DNA of 60,915 bases from an uncultured Gammaproteobacteria bacterium (GTDB taxonomy: Bacteria > Patescibacteriota > Patescibacteriia > UBA9934). This document shows positions 53,358 to 60,915 of the stretch, one piece after another; the stretch's first letter is position 1, and each line of letters opens with the position of its first letter. The notes under the pieces are model-generated. The model did no database searches and had not been told where the DNA came from. It was given only the letters and a program-made list of their open reading frames with translations. The position numbers and the translations under genes were made by a program. The stretch is taken from the NCBI GenBank assembly GCA_964401485.1, contig CAYNYL010000001.1, forward strand, positions 2,103 to 63,017. The letters are read 5' to 3'.

Positions 53358-54245
53358 ATGGCCCGTTCGAACATCATCAGCCTCTCCCTCGCCGCCACCC
53401 TCTTCGGGGGTTGCGACCCCGCGGATGTGTACAACATCACCGTGGAGAGCGACGAGGCTGACACGTTCGTCGACATCGACGTCACGGTGACCCCGGCGTC
53501 CGAGGAGACCGAGAGCGACTGCGAGCCGTTCGTGCATGAGCACAGCGGCGTGCGGTTCAACACCGCGTCGCGCCCGACCGTCGAGTTCAACTCGACCCTG
53601 ACGGGCTTCGCGACCGACATCGGAGATTCGCTGGACATCGGCGGCGCCTTCCACACGGTCGGCGGATGCGGAGAAGGGGTCACGATCGAACAGATCGCGA
53701 TCAACATCCGCAACCTCGAGAGCGTCGACCTCCTGACCTCGACCGTGGCGACCGTCGTGATCGACGGGCACAGGATGAGCGTCGAATGCACGCCCGTGAC
53801 CTACCCCGACGGTCTTGTCGAGTACTGGTGCATCATGGATCTCTCCGTCCAAGACGGCGAGTTCGATGTCCTGCCCAACTCGAACGGCGTCCCGTTCCAG
53901 CTGGTCCTCGACGAGCTCCCCGAGCTCAAGAGCGGCGAGCAGTCGACGGTGACCCTCTACTACAAGTGGAGCGACATCGAGACCGGGAATGGGTACGTAG
54001 ACGGCGGCGGATGGGCCGTGATCGACAGCGACAGCTTCGTGATCGACCCCTACTACGCCGACGAGTGGTGCTACACTCGCGAGCGTCGCCTCGCGGACAA
54101 CGACGGCGACACCTACGGGGATCCGAACAACTACCTGTTCGTCGCCGTGTGCGATCCGTGGCAGGACGGCTACGTGGACTGGACCGAGGGTCGTGACGAC
54201 TGCGACGACAACAACGCGGACGTCTACCCCGGCAACGGTTGCTGA
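53358..54245 (+). CDS. Lipoprotein with C-terminal MopE-like putative metal-binding motif
   Basis: Lipobox FGG-C; DNDGDTYGDP; DDCDDNNADVYPGNGC; SD GGAGG. Confidence 0.8.
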   Translation: MARSNIISLSLAATLFGGCDPADVYNITVESDEADTFVDIDVTVTPASEETESDCEPFVHEHSGVRFNTASRPTVEFNSTLTGFATDIGDSLDIGGAFHTVGGCGEGVTIEQIAINIRNLESVDLLTSTVATVVIDGHRMSVECTPVTYPDGLVEYWCIMDLSVQDGEFDVLPNSNGVPFQLVLDELPELKSGEQSTVTLYYKWSDIETGNGYVDGGGWAVIDSDSFVIDPYYADEWCYTRERRLADNDGDTYGDPNNYLFVAVCDPWQDGYVDWTEGRDDCDDNNADVYPGNGC

Positions 54246-54308
54246 CACTGTCGTAGCGACAGCTTCGCTACACCGACCGCTGGCCATGCAACGTGCATGG
54301 TCGGCGGG

Positions 54309-54348
54309 TCACTCAATGCGCATGACAATGGTCGTGCCTATCGAGTGA
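54309..54348. repeat. Structured repeat, copy 2
   Basis: CTCAATGCGCATGA-CAATGG-TCGTGCCTATCGAG, followed by a long T run. Confidence 0.85.
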
Positions 54349-54375
54349 TTTTTTATTTTTCATGGCATTTTTGGC

Positions 54376-54404
54376 TTGACAAAAGCCCATTTTTCCAGTA
54401 ATAT
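54376..54404 (+). promoter_or_regulatory. sigma70 promoter for 54454
   Basis: TTGACA-AAAGCCCATTTTTCCAG-TAATAT. Confidence 0.7.
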
Positions 54405-54453
54405 GCTCGGTTGCGTTTTTGCAACCCCAGCCTTAAATGGCTATGGAGTTCCT

Positions 54454-55170
54454 ATGTTCCGCACCCCCGCCACCGTTGTCGTGGCGTTCGCCCTTTCGGC
54501 CTGCACCGCTCCCGTCGTCCCCGAGGACGACTCGGCGAGCGAGACGGGCGGATTCGAGGACACCGACCCGGTCGAGCCCCTCCCCGAGGACCCGATCGTC
54601 GTCACCGTCGCCCTATCCTTCATCCCCCTCCCCGACGGCGTCACCTACGCGCGCCAAGGGGAGCCGGCGCCGCTCGGCGGGATCGACATCGCGGTCGAGC
54701 CGACCGACACCCGTGTGATCTTCGAACGGATCGCACCGAAGATCGCGCTTGCGATCGAGGAGTGGCTAGAGATTCCCTCCGCCTTCTCGACCGATCCGAC
54801 GATCCCGAATCGTGACCGTCTCGTCGGCGAGTGCACCCTGCAGGATCTGTGGGGTACAGTCTACGGGGGACCGGTCGGGATCGAAGGCTGGGACCTCACC
54901 TTCAACGACGGCTTCGTTGTCTACGGAGGTGAATCGATCACCTTCTCCACTGCGTGCACCCCGCCCGACGGTACGAACCCGTACCCCTTCGCCTTCGGGA
55001 TCGATCTCCCGATCGAAGAAGACGGCGAGATCGAGGCGTACGCGGAAGACAAGGAGGGCAACCGGCTCGAACTCCAGTTCGAGTACCGAAACATGAACGG
55101 GCTCCCCTACCCGTCCTCGTACGTGCTCCTCCCGTACGACCTCGGCTGGCCGGGCGATTCGCCAAACTGA
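54454..55170 (+). CDS. Lipoprotein of unknown function
   Basis: MFRTPATVVVAFALSA-C lipobox; acidic linker; beta-rich domain. Confidence 0.8.
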   Translation: MFRTPATVVVAFALSACTAPVVPEDDSASETGGFEDTDPVEPLPEDPIVVTVALSFIPLPDGVTYARQGEPAPLGGIDIAVEPTDTRVIFERIAPKIALAIEEWLEIPSAFSTDPTIPNRDRLVGECTLQDLWGTVYGGPVGIEGWDLTFNDGFVVYGGESITFSTACTPPDGTNPYPFAFGIDLPIEEDGEIEAYAEDKEGNRLELQFEYRNMNGLPYPSSYVLLPYDLGWPGDSPN

Positions 55171-55300
55171 TCGCCCGAGCGCGCTGCCCCGGCATCCCCT
55201 GAAAAGGATGACCGGGGCATTTGAATTTCGAGCTGGTACTTGCAAAAAGTGCTATAATAGCGTAAGATACGGTACTGTTCCTTCAACCTTGGAGACCCGA

Positions 55301-56104
55301 ATGCTTTGGCTCATTCTCGTTGCCTGTTCGATACCGAACGTCGAGACCGCGGAGTACAACCCGCCCCACGTCGTCGTCGACAAGGCTTCGGAAACGATGC
55401 CCTTCGTCGAGGACTACCCGCCATGGGAAGACACGGGAGTCGATAGCGACACCGAGGTCGACTCGGATACCGCAATCGATACCAGTGGCGACACCGGCCT
55501 CGACTCAGACACGGAAATCGACTCGGACGTCGACAGCGACACCGAAGTCGCCCCTCCGTCGGCTTCCCTCTCCCTGCGCTTCCTCCCGTCGGAGGAACGA
55601 AGCATCGAGTGGACGTCGTACGGCGACATCGCCGATCACGGCACGGTCGTCGTCGAAGCGAACCTGAGCGAAGGAGCTCGAATCGCGCTGACCGAAATCG
55701 CGATCCCGCGATTCATCGGCACCTCGAGCCCCGCGACCTACGAAGGGGATCCCGTCTACGACGACGCGGGCGAGTACACCTGCGCCCTCGTCGACGAGGA
55801 CGGAAACTCGGTCGGAAGACGCTCCGCGTCAACGAACTACGGCGTGAACCTCGTGTTCACGTCGAGCTCAACCCGACTCCTGACGCTCCGTTGCGAAACA
55901 CGGATCGTCGCCTTCGCCCCTCGCTCGAGCGCGATCGACCTCCCGACCTCACTCGTCGCCACCGCGACGGTGGACGGGGAAGTGATCCCGCTCACGCTCT
56001 CCTACGCCGAGCATAACATCAACTCCGGCACGGCGACCTACGCGGTCTCCGTGATCCCGGAGCCTCTCGGAGGCTATGATACCGGCGCCGATACCGGCTT
56101 CTAG
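55301..56104 (+). CDS. Lipoprotein with Asp/Ser/Thr repeat linker
   Basis: MLWLILVA-C; DTGVDSDTEVDSDTAIDTSGDTGLDSDTEIDSDVDSDTEV; extended -10 TGC-TATAAT at 55250-55258. Confidence 0.78.
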   Translation: MLWLILVACSIPNVETAEYNPPHVVVDKASETMPFVEDYPPWEDTGVDSDTEVDSDTAIDTSGDTGLDSDTEIDSDVDSDTEVAPPSASLSLRFLPSEERSIEWTSYGDIADHGTVVVEANLSEGARIALTEIAIPRFIGTSSPATYEGDPVYDDAGEYTCALVDEDGNSVGRRSASTNYGVNLVFTSSSTRLLTLRCETRIVAFAPRSSAIDLPTSLVATATVDGEVIPLTLSYAEHNINSGTATYAVSVIPEPLGGYDTGADTGF

Positions 56105-56203
56105 CCAACTGCCCCACCCCTCAAAAGGTGGGGCGCTTTGTTTACAAAAAATCGCTATTGGTGTATCATGGTCCATCGCTCCTTCCCCAACCCCGAGGTT
56201 CTA

Positions 56204-56821
56204 ATGATACTTCTAATCGGGCTTCTGTCCGGTTGCTATCAATTCCACCTGCCGGAAGTCAACATTCCTTCCGAACCAGGCAAGCTCGTTCTTGTGGAAG
56301 CTCGTTTTTCCGAGGGTGAATTCGGCCGAACAGCGAATGGCCTCTACGACTTTGGGGTCATGACCTTCAAGATCATGACCGAAGAAGACATCACGGTTGC
56401 TATCTCCGGAATCACCCTCCTTGTCGAACGGCGCGACCACAACGGCTCGGGAGCATTTATCCCGTCCCACGCGAACGACTTCTTCGACGAATGCGGACTC
56501 TACGAGTACGGAACGGTGACCCCCGCCTTCGTTGGAGAAGCCGGTCCCTATGCGGTCGGCTTCCATGGACGCCTCGATGGGCTCACGAACAACACCGAGG
56601 TTTCACTCCGAATCTTGTGCTCCCTAGAGGACGGCGAACCCGGCAAGGAGGCCGACCTCGCCTTCGACTTGCCCCTCGAATCCGGGATCCTCCTCTCTGC
56701 AGTGCGAGACGACGGAACGGCGATCGATCGACTGTCCTCGATCACGTACCTCCCCGTGATCACGAACCTGCCCTCGGTTGGCTGGGCCGTTCACTTCCCA
56801 CCGGCCCCACCTACCTACTAA
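56204..56821 (+). CDS. Lipoprotein of unknown function
   Basis: MILLIGLLSG-C; promoter TTTACA-17-TATCAT at 56141-56169. Confidence 0.75.
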   Translation: MILLIGLLSGCYQFHLPEVNIPSEPGKLVLVEARFSEGEFGRTANGLYDFGVMTFKIMTEEDITVAISGITLLVERRDHNGSGAFIPSHANDFFDECGLYEYGTVTPAFVGEAGPYAVGFHGRLDGLTNNTEVSLRILCSLEDGEPGKEADLAFDLPLESGILLSAVRDDGTAIDRLSSITYLPVITNLPSVGWAVHFPPAPPTY

Positions 56822-56936
56822 CCGCCTCCGTCAGGACGCTTCCCAGAAGCCGCCTCTTCACCGCCTTGACCCAACGAGGCGGTCTTCTTTTTGCCAAAAT
56901 TCCACCTACGCGCTAGGCTAAAAACAGGAGGTGTTC

Positions 56937-57245
56937 ATGTCACCCTACGTTAGCCTCGCCGAACTTCGCGAAGACTTGCTCGTGCGCGTAAAGCCCGACA
57001 CATCCCTCTTCGAGCTGATCGAGTACCTGTTCGAAACCGAAGATGGCGGGATCGTTCTCCGCCTCGACTTCGTTCGCGACCACCCGGGAGCCTTCTCCCG
57101 GTTCGCGAAGTACATGATGGTCCTTCGCCGGTCGACCTACACGGTCACAACCGCTCTCGTCGAGTACCGCTCCCCGAACCCGCCGCACAACTGGATCGAG
57201 GAGGACGGCGACGCGACGGTCGCGTTCTACATCATGCGCTCGTAA
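56937..57245 (+). CDS. Hypothetical cytoplasmic protein
   Basis: SD AGGAGG 5 nt before ATG; promoter TTGCCA-17-TAGGCT at 56891-56919; terminators on both sides ending GGCGGTCTTCTTTTT. Confidence 0.7.
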   Translation: MSPYVSLAELREDLLVRVKPDTSLFELIEYLFETEDGGIVLRLDFVRDHPGAFSRFAKYMMVLRRSTYTVTTALVEYRSPNPPHNWIEEDGDATVAFYIMRS

Positions 57246-57346
57246 TGCGCCCCTGACCCCAACTACCGCCTCGCTTGTGGCCAACGCCACTCCAGAAGAT
57301 CGCCATTCGCATCTTCCGCCAACAACAAAGCAGGGCGGTCTTCTTT

Positions 57347-58072
57347 TTACATAACATTGCCCCGCTCCTTTACATACAAACAAAACGCACACCCCTCCCC
57401 CGCCTCCGGCAAAACCCCGCCCTCGAGCACCCCCTTAATCTCCAAAATCCTCCCCGCGACCCATGAATCATCCCCATCATACGCAATCACCCGCACGTCA
57501 AATTCAAGCTTCCCGTTAAACGCCTCCTCGTCCGGCCTCCCCGTACAATAGACAAAATACGCCCGATCGCTAACCGGAAGCCCGTTCCCCCGAAGAAGCC
57601 ACTGATACACCTCGATCTGCCGTTTGTACGCCCCGTGCCACTCGCTATCAAGCGCCGTAACCGGCTCCCCCTTCGCCGTCGCCTTATAATCAACAACGAT
57701 ATACCGCCCGTCCTCCCCAATCCATAAATCATCAATCGCCCCCGAAACAACAAGCCCCGTCGCCTCGTCCCGTACCTCCACCCCTTCGAAATTCTCCCGC
57801 CAACGGTTAAGAAGCTCGTGCCTAGCCGGCACCGCCGCGACTCCGTAGGCTTCCTGGAGCGGATGTGCTGTCCCGTTCGCCCGATGGACGTCAAATTCGG
57901 CCTTTAAAAGCGAGTCAACGGCTTTGTTAAGGTTAAACGGTGGTCCCGACGGTCGTTTTACTCCAAGGACATTGTCGAGATAGAAACATCTCCGGCATTC
58001 CCCGAAGAGCTCAATCTTCGACCTCGACAGCCTCCACCTCGCTCCTCCATAATTCCAATTTGCACTGCGCAT
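57347..58072 (-). CDS. PD-(D/E)XK nuclease, RecB/Cas4-like, with four conserved Cys
   Basis: LSRSKI...CRRCFY, GAIDDLW, VVDYKAT, QIEVY, CAFC. Confidence 0.88.
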   Translation of the reverse strand: MRSANWNYGGARWRLSRSKIELFGECRRCFYLDNVLGVKRPSGPPFNLNKAVDSLLKAEFDVHRANGTAHPLQEAYGVAAVPARHELLNRWRENFEGVEVRDEATGLVVSGAIDDLWIGEDGRYIVVDYKATAKGEPVTALDSEWHGAYKRQIEVYQWLLRGNGLPVSDRAYFVYCTGRPDEEAFNGKLEFDVRVIAYDGDDSWVAGRILEIKGVLEGGVLPEAGEGCAFCLYVKERGNVM

Positions 58073-58115
58073 AGTACGGTTAGTGTACCATCCTTTTCAT
58101 GCTAAAATCCGAGCT

Positions 58116-58376
58116 ATGCGCCTTATCGACAAAAAAGACACCGTCTTCCGGTATCTAAAATCCCTCCCCAAGGGCAAAACCGTGACCTACAAGGAGGTCG
58201 CCCTCGCCTGCGGTCTTTCGAGCCCCCGCCATGTCGGCCATATCCTCCAAATGAACGAAGACCCCGACCTCGTCCCGTGCTACAAAGTCATCCTCTCATC
58301 CGGCCATCTCGCCCGCGGCTACAAATTCGGCGGCCCCGAGGAACAAGCGCGGAGGTTGAGGGAGGATCAAAAATAA
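58116..58376 (+). CDS. MGMT family DNA alkyltransferase (C-terminal domain only)
   Basis: GKTVTYKEVA, PRHVG, VPCYKVI (PCHRV-like), GYKFGG. Confidence 0.88.
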   Translation: MRLIDKKDTVFRYLKSLPKGKTVTYKEVALACGLSSPRHVGHILQMNEDPDLVPCYKVILSSGHLARGYKFGGPEEQARRLREDQK

Positions 58377-58433
58377 AGGTCATAAAAAAGTCATTTTCAG
58401 AACGCGGAATTCGTGCTAAATTCCGAAATGCAT

Positions 58434-58806
58434 TCGAACTTTAACAAGGTCGGCGAAAATGGTCGGGGCCCTTTTAAATTTCACGCTTGGATCAGCCTAG
58501 CTCCAAATCTCCCCCAAGGACGCTTTTAAGAGCTTCCTTGGAGGGGATTTCTTGGAGCAAGTCCCCGAGTATTAATTCATTAGCTCCCCAATACCACTAT
58601 GTCTTATTTTAAGATATACCGGGATCATGCGCTACAATACCGTTGGTCGCTTTACGCGGCAAACAGGGAAATCGTAGCCACAAGCGAAGCATACACTACC
58701 AGGTGGAGTGCTAAGCGATCCGCGGAACGTGTCAAGCAAATCGCATCAAGCGCTTTCATTAGCGAATAGTGCGATTTCACCCTTCGCCGACCTTATTAAA
58801 GCTCGA
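58434..58806. repeat. 24-bp inverted repeats (58434-58457 and 58783-58806) bracketing a hairpin and a YegP-like ORF
   Basis: TCGAACTTTAACAAGGTCGGCGAA versus reverse complement TCGAGCTTTAATAAGGTCGGCGAA: 22/24 identical. Confidence 0.85.
58599..58769 (+). CDS. YegP/DUF1508 family protein, single domain, 56 aa (not in ORF track)
   Basis: MSYFKIYRDHALQYRWSLYAANREIVATSEAYTTRWSAKRSAERVKQIASSAFISE*; matches the F.I..D....YRW.L.A.N.EI.A.SE.Y pattern. Confidence 0.88.
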   Translation: MSYFKIYRDHALQYRWSLYAANREIVATSEAYTTRWSAKRSAERVKQIASSAFISE

Positions 58807-58922
58807 CTACTCGTCCTAAGCAATATAGCCCGTATTTCATGCTACAGATTTAAATGCAAAACTTGCGTACCAATCATCTTAAAGACTAATTCTCTGTTTA
58901 AAATTAAAACGCTACGAAACCA

Positions 58923-59447
58923 CTACTCAACCTTGACGTAGCTTGCACGCAATTTGTTTACCAGCTCCAGCATAGCGGCAAATGACGATTCAGCCTTCGG
59001 CAAAAAAAGTTCACCTCGCGCCTTGGAAAGATGCAAAGTATTTCTAATCCCCTGTAATTCAGCTATTTCCTTAGTTAACTTACTACCTAAGAATTTCTCC
59101 TGTTTTTTAATCATATCCTGTAACCAAATACGCGACTCTTGTTTCTTTTTAGATGACCGATATGCAATTATTAAATCTTGTTTTTGTTTTTTAAACTCGC
59201 TCGGCAAAACTTGAAGGTGCCTATATTGCACATCTTCGTGCACGATGTTTTCTCGTCGTGTTCGGAACAAGAGGAGCGCTTCGATTACGGAGACATTGTA
59301 CAGGATGATCGTTCGAACGGTTTCATCTTTAAATTCATCATCGATGCTTTGTGCTAGCATCCAGAGAAAGCCCGCGAACTTAACCGACTCGATAATATTA
59401 TACCGAAGTGCCTTTGGGGTAATAAACGCAAAGGCGTCTCTTTCCAT
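58923..59447 (-). CDS. Hypothetical protein, possible HEPN-like RNase
   Basis: Helical; SVIEALL early and IRNTLH near the C-terminus; low GC. Confidence 0.55.
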   Translation of the reverse strand: MERDAFAFITPKALRYNIIESVKFAGFLWMLAQSIDDEFKDETVRTIILYNVSVIEALLLFRTRRENIVHEDVQYRHLQVLPSEFKKQKQDLIIAYRSSKKKQESRIWLQDMIKKQEKFLGSKLTKEIAELQGIRNTLHLSKARGELFLPKAESSFAAMLELVNKLRASYVKVE

Positions 59448-59450
59448 AAA

Positions 59451-59645
59451 TTATTTTGATCGACTTGTTTCGATCATCTGTATAAGCTTCGAGAGTGAGG
59501 GCGCACCTTCATTTCGTAACACGGTCGACAATTTAGCATCACCGCGGTAACCCAAATCAATCTTGTACTGTTTTTCAATAGTTTTAACCAACGTGTCACC
59601 ACGCTTCTTTTGAATTCGGCCGTTTTTTGCTCGTGATGCAGGCAT
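59451..59645 (-). CDS. Small basic protein, 64 aa
   Basis: MPASRAKNGRIQKKRGDTLVKTIEKQYKIDLGYRGDAKLSTVL; in operon with the RM genes. Confidence 0.75.
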   Translation of the reverse strand: MPASRAKNGRIQKKRGDTLVKTIEKQYKIDLGYRGDAKLSTVLRNEGAPSLSKLIQMIETSRSK

Positions 59646-59672
59646 ACTTAAAGTGTATATAACGAGAGCAGC

Positions 59673-60593
59673 TTAGTCCAATAATAAATCCACAAACTTC
59701 ACCGCTCGATTCTTTTCCCAATCCATTATCTTCACATAACGACCATTATGTTTGCGGGGGCGCCGACACTTACAACCCTCGCACTCATATTTTTCTATTC
59801 GATCCGGCAGTTCACCGAAAAGCGTTAGTGCACCAGGAATTATTTTACTTTCGTGATGACAGCTCATTGGAATCACGCACCGCACACCATCCATCTGAAA
59901 AATATTCCAACTAATAATCTCAGCGAACTCTTCTCGTACGCCCACTGTTGGCTTTTGATTAAATTTTGCTTCGTAGTAATCAATTAGCGTATAGAGCAAG
60001 TTTTCACGGGCGATGAGTACGTTATCGCCTTGCCATTCATATCCATAACTCGCTTTGTATGCTTCTTTTGCCCACGTCAGCCAGTCTTTTTTATTGTCGC
60101 AGTAACGAGAGACAACTTTGAGTTTACGATCTAAAAAACCAACCCTACTTGGAATACTAATCAGTACACCGTGAGCAGTAGGGTTATAGCGGGTGACTAT
60201 AAAAGGTGCTTCGCCACAGGTAATTTCAAGCTTAAGTTCACGTACGTAGTCCCGCCAGTTATTTTTGTTTGGCTGGTACGGCTCAAGGGCTTTGTTCATT
60301 TGTTCAACAGTCTTGAGTGGAGTGAACACTTCGGCTTTTTCTTTAGTGCGATGACGTTGCTCCTCTAGACTCTTTGCGGCACGGGGTTGAATCAGAAGAC
60401 GGTACTTCCCTGTTACAAGATCTGGCTTGATGTATTTGTCTGGAGCAAATGCTTTTCCGAATTTCTCATAGGAATCAGTTGCCCAGATGATGTTCTTTTT
60501 TGTGGTGCGGTCGACTAGTAAAGTATCAAGTAAGACACCCTGACGGCGGAGGGTGCTTTCTTTAATATCGATATCATACGGAGCCGCCACCAT
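59673..60593 (-). CDS. Restriction-modification accessory subunit (methylase-like, no NPPY motif)
   Basis: LLVDRTTKKNIIWAT, AEVFTP, LEITCGEAPF, YGYEWQGDNVLIAREN, IISWNIFQMDG. Confidence 0.8.
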   Translation of the reverse strand: MVAAPYDIDIKESTLRRQGVLLDTLLVDRTTKKNIIWATDSYEKFGKAFAPDKYIKPDLVTGKYRLLIQPRAAKSLEEQRHRTKEKAEVFTPLKTVEQMNKALEPYQPNKNNWRDYVRELKLEITCGEAPFIVTRYNPTAHGVLISIPSRVGFLDRKLKVVSRYCDNKKDWLTWAKEAYKASYGYEWQGDNVLIARENLLYTLIDYYEAKFNQKPTVGVREEFAEIISWNIFQMDGVRCVIPMSCHHESKIIPGALTLFGELPDRIEKYECEGCKCRRPRKHNGRYVKIMDWEKNRAVKFVDLLLD

Positions 60594-60596
60594 AGC

Positions 60597-60915
60597 TTAA
60601 GACATCGGCTTCACATTCTTTTCGATGAAGTCTATTTCGGCTTTATCGAGCCCGTACTTTTTGTATAGTTGCTTATCAATCTCAGCAACTGACTTGGACC
60701 AATCAATATCTGACTTCTTTGTGAAGTCCTGTAGGGGTACATTTTTCCATGTCCCCTTCGGGTTATCTTGTGTGACTTTTAATGTTCCTAACATAGCTCT
60801 ACAGAACTTCGTTTTGATATATTTGAGACAACTATGGGCTTCACCTTCTGTAGCAAAAGAACCAATCTGCAAAAATGAGTATGTACAACCCGTAAGGGGT
60901 TCTCCCGTAAGGGGT
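60597..60915 (-). CDS. C-terminus of an Eco57I-like (type IIG-related) RM methyltransferase, 5' end outside window
   Basis: LKYIKTKFCRAMLGTLKVTQDNP...VPLQDF...IDKQLYKKYGL..EIDFIE; frame open to the window edge. Confidence 0.85.
   Translation of the reverse strand, partial: PLTGEPLTGCTYSFLQIGSFATEGEAHSCLKYIKTKFCRAMLGTLKVTQDNPKGTWKNVPLQDFTKKSDIDWSKSVAEIDKQLYKKYGLDKAEIDFIEKNVKPMS

Noticed and set aside
53319-54287. 322-aa antisense ORF and other overlapping ORFs in 53-57 kb
   Set aside because: Stop-poor reverse frames expected in high-GC coding DNA; the sense genes have lipoboxes, SDs and promoters.
53268-54348. Calling the repeats canonical attC sites
   Set aside because: No RYYYAAC/GTTRRRY boxes, shorter than attC, no integrase; kept only as an analogy.
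1-60915. CRISPR array, DGR, retron, integrase or transposase
   Set aside because: No regularly spaced repeat-spacer array and no RT, IntI or transposase motifs; the Cas4-like gene is solitary.
1-60915. Genetic code 25 (UGA=Gly) as in Gracilibacteria
   Set aside because: Conserved genes are full length in code 11, and TGA ends genes at expected positions (e.g. 41190, 43129).
60889-60915. 12-bp duplication CCCGTAAGGGGT at the window edge
   Set aside because: In frame (15-nt period) and at the sequence end; may be a contig-end artefact and cannot be judged here.

Overview
Code-11 chromosome segment from a Patescibacteria/CPR bacterium. The Parcubacteria (Uhrbacteria/Magasanikbacteria-like) assignment is inferred from pilin-fused giant surface proteins, CPR-type surface modules and a streamlined core. 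The backbone holds smpB-ssrA-infC-rpmI-rplT, tRNA-Asp, a GT2 synthase, pyk, nrdR-ftsZ-ftsA, dgkA-ybeY, yqeY-rpsU-hisS-lepB, LCP-der-pth-dprA-folC-topA, rel, parAB and initiator tRNA-Met. An 18-kb surface-protein locus (18805-36906) encodes three TSP3-motif anchors, a 2906-aa pilin-fused cysteine-rich adhesin, a pilin-Ig protein and two FG-GAP/FN3 proteins. The most unusual feature is a set of GC-rich accessory genes (1-323, 6098-9724, 48114-48698, 53110-57245). Nearly all form their own promoter-gene-terminator unit and share non-coding motifs: a promoter-spacer pattern, an ACCCCAG-hairpin-SD leader, a covarying 3' hairpin and a boxB-like hairpin. They mostly use clear Shine-Dalgarno sites, whereas many backbone genes look leaderless. 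A candidate sRNA at about 626-717 displays an anti-SD loop. The right end carries a YegP mini-gene bracketed by 24-bp inverted repeats and a restriction-modification operon extended by a small protein and a HEPN-like protein. No CRISPR array, integrase, transposase or reverse transcriptase was seen. All family calls come from motif recognition by eye, not database searches.
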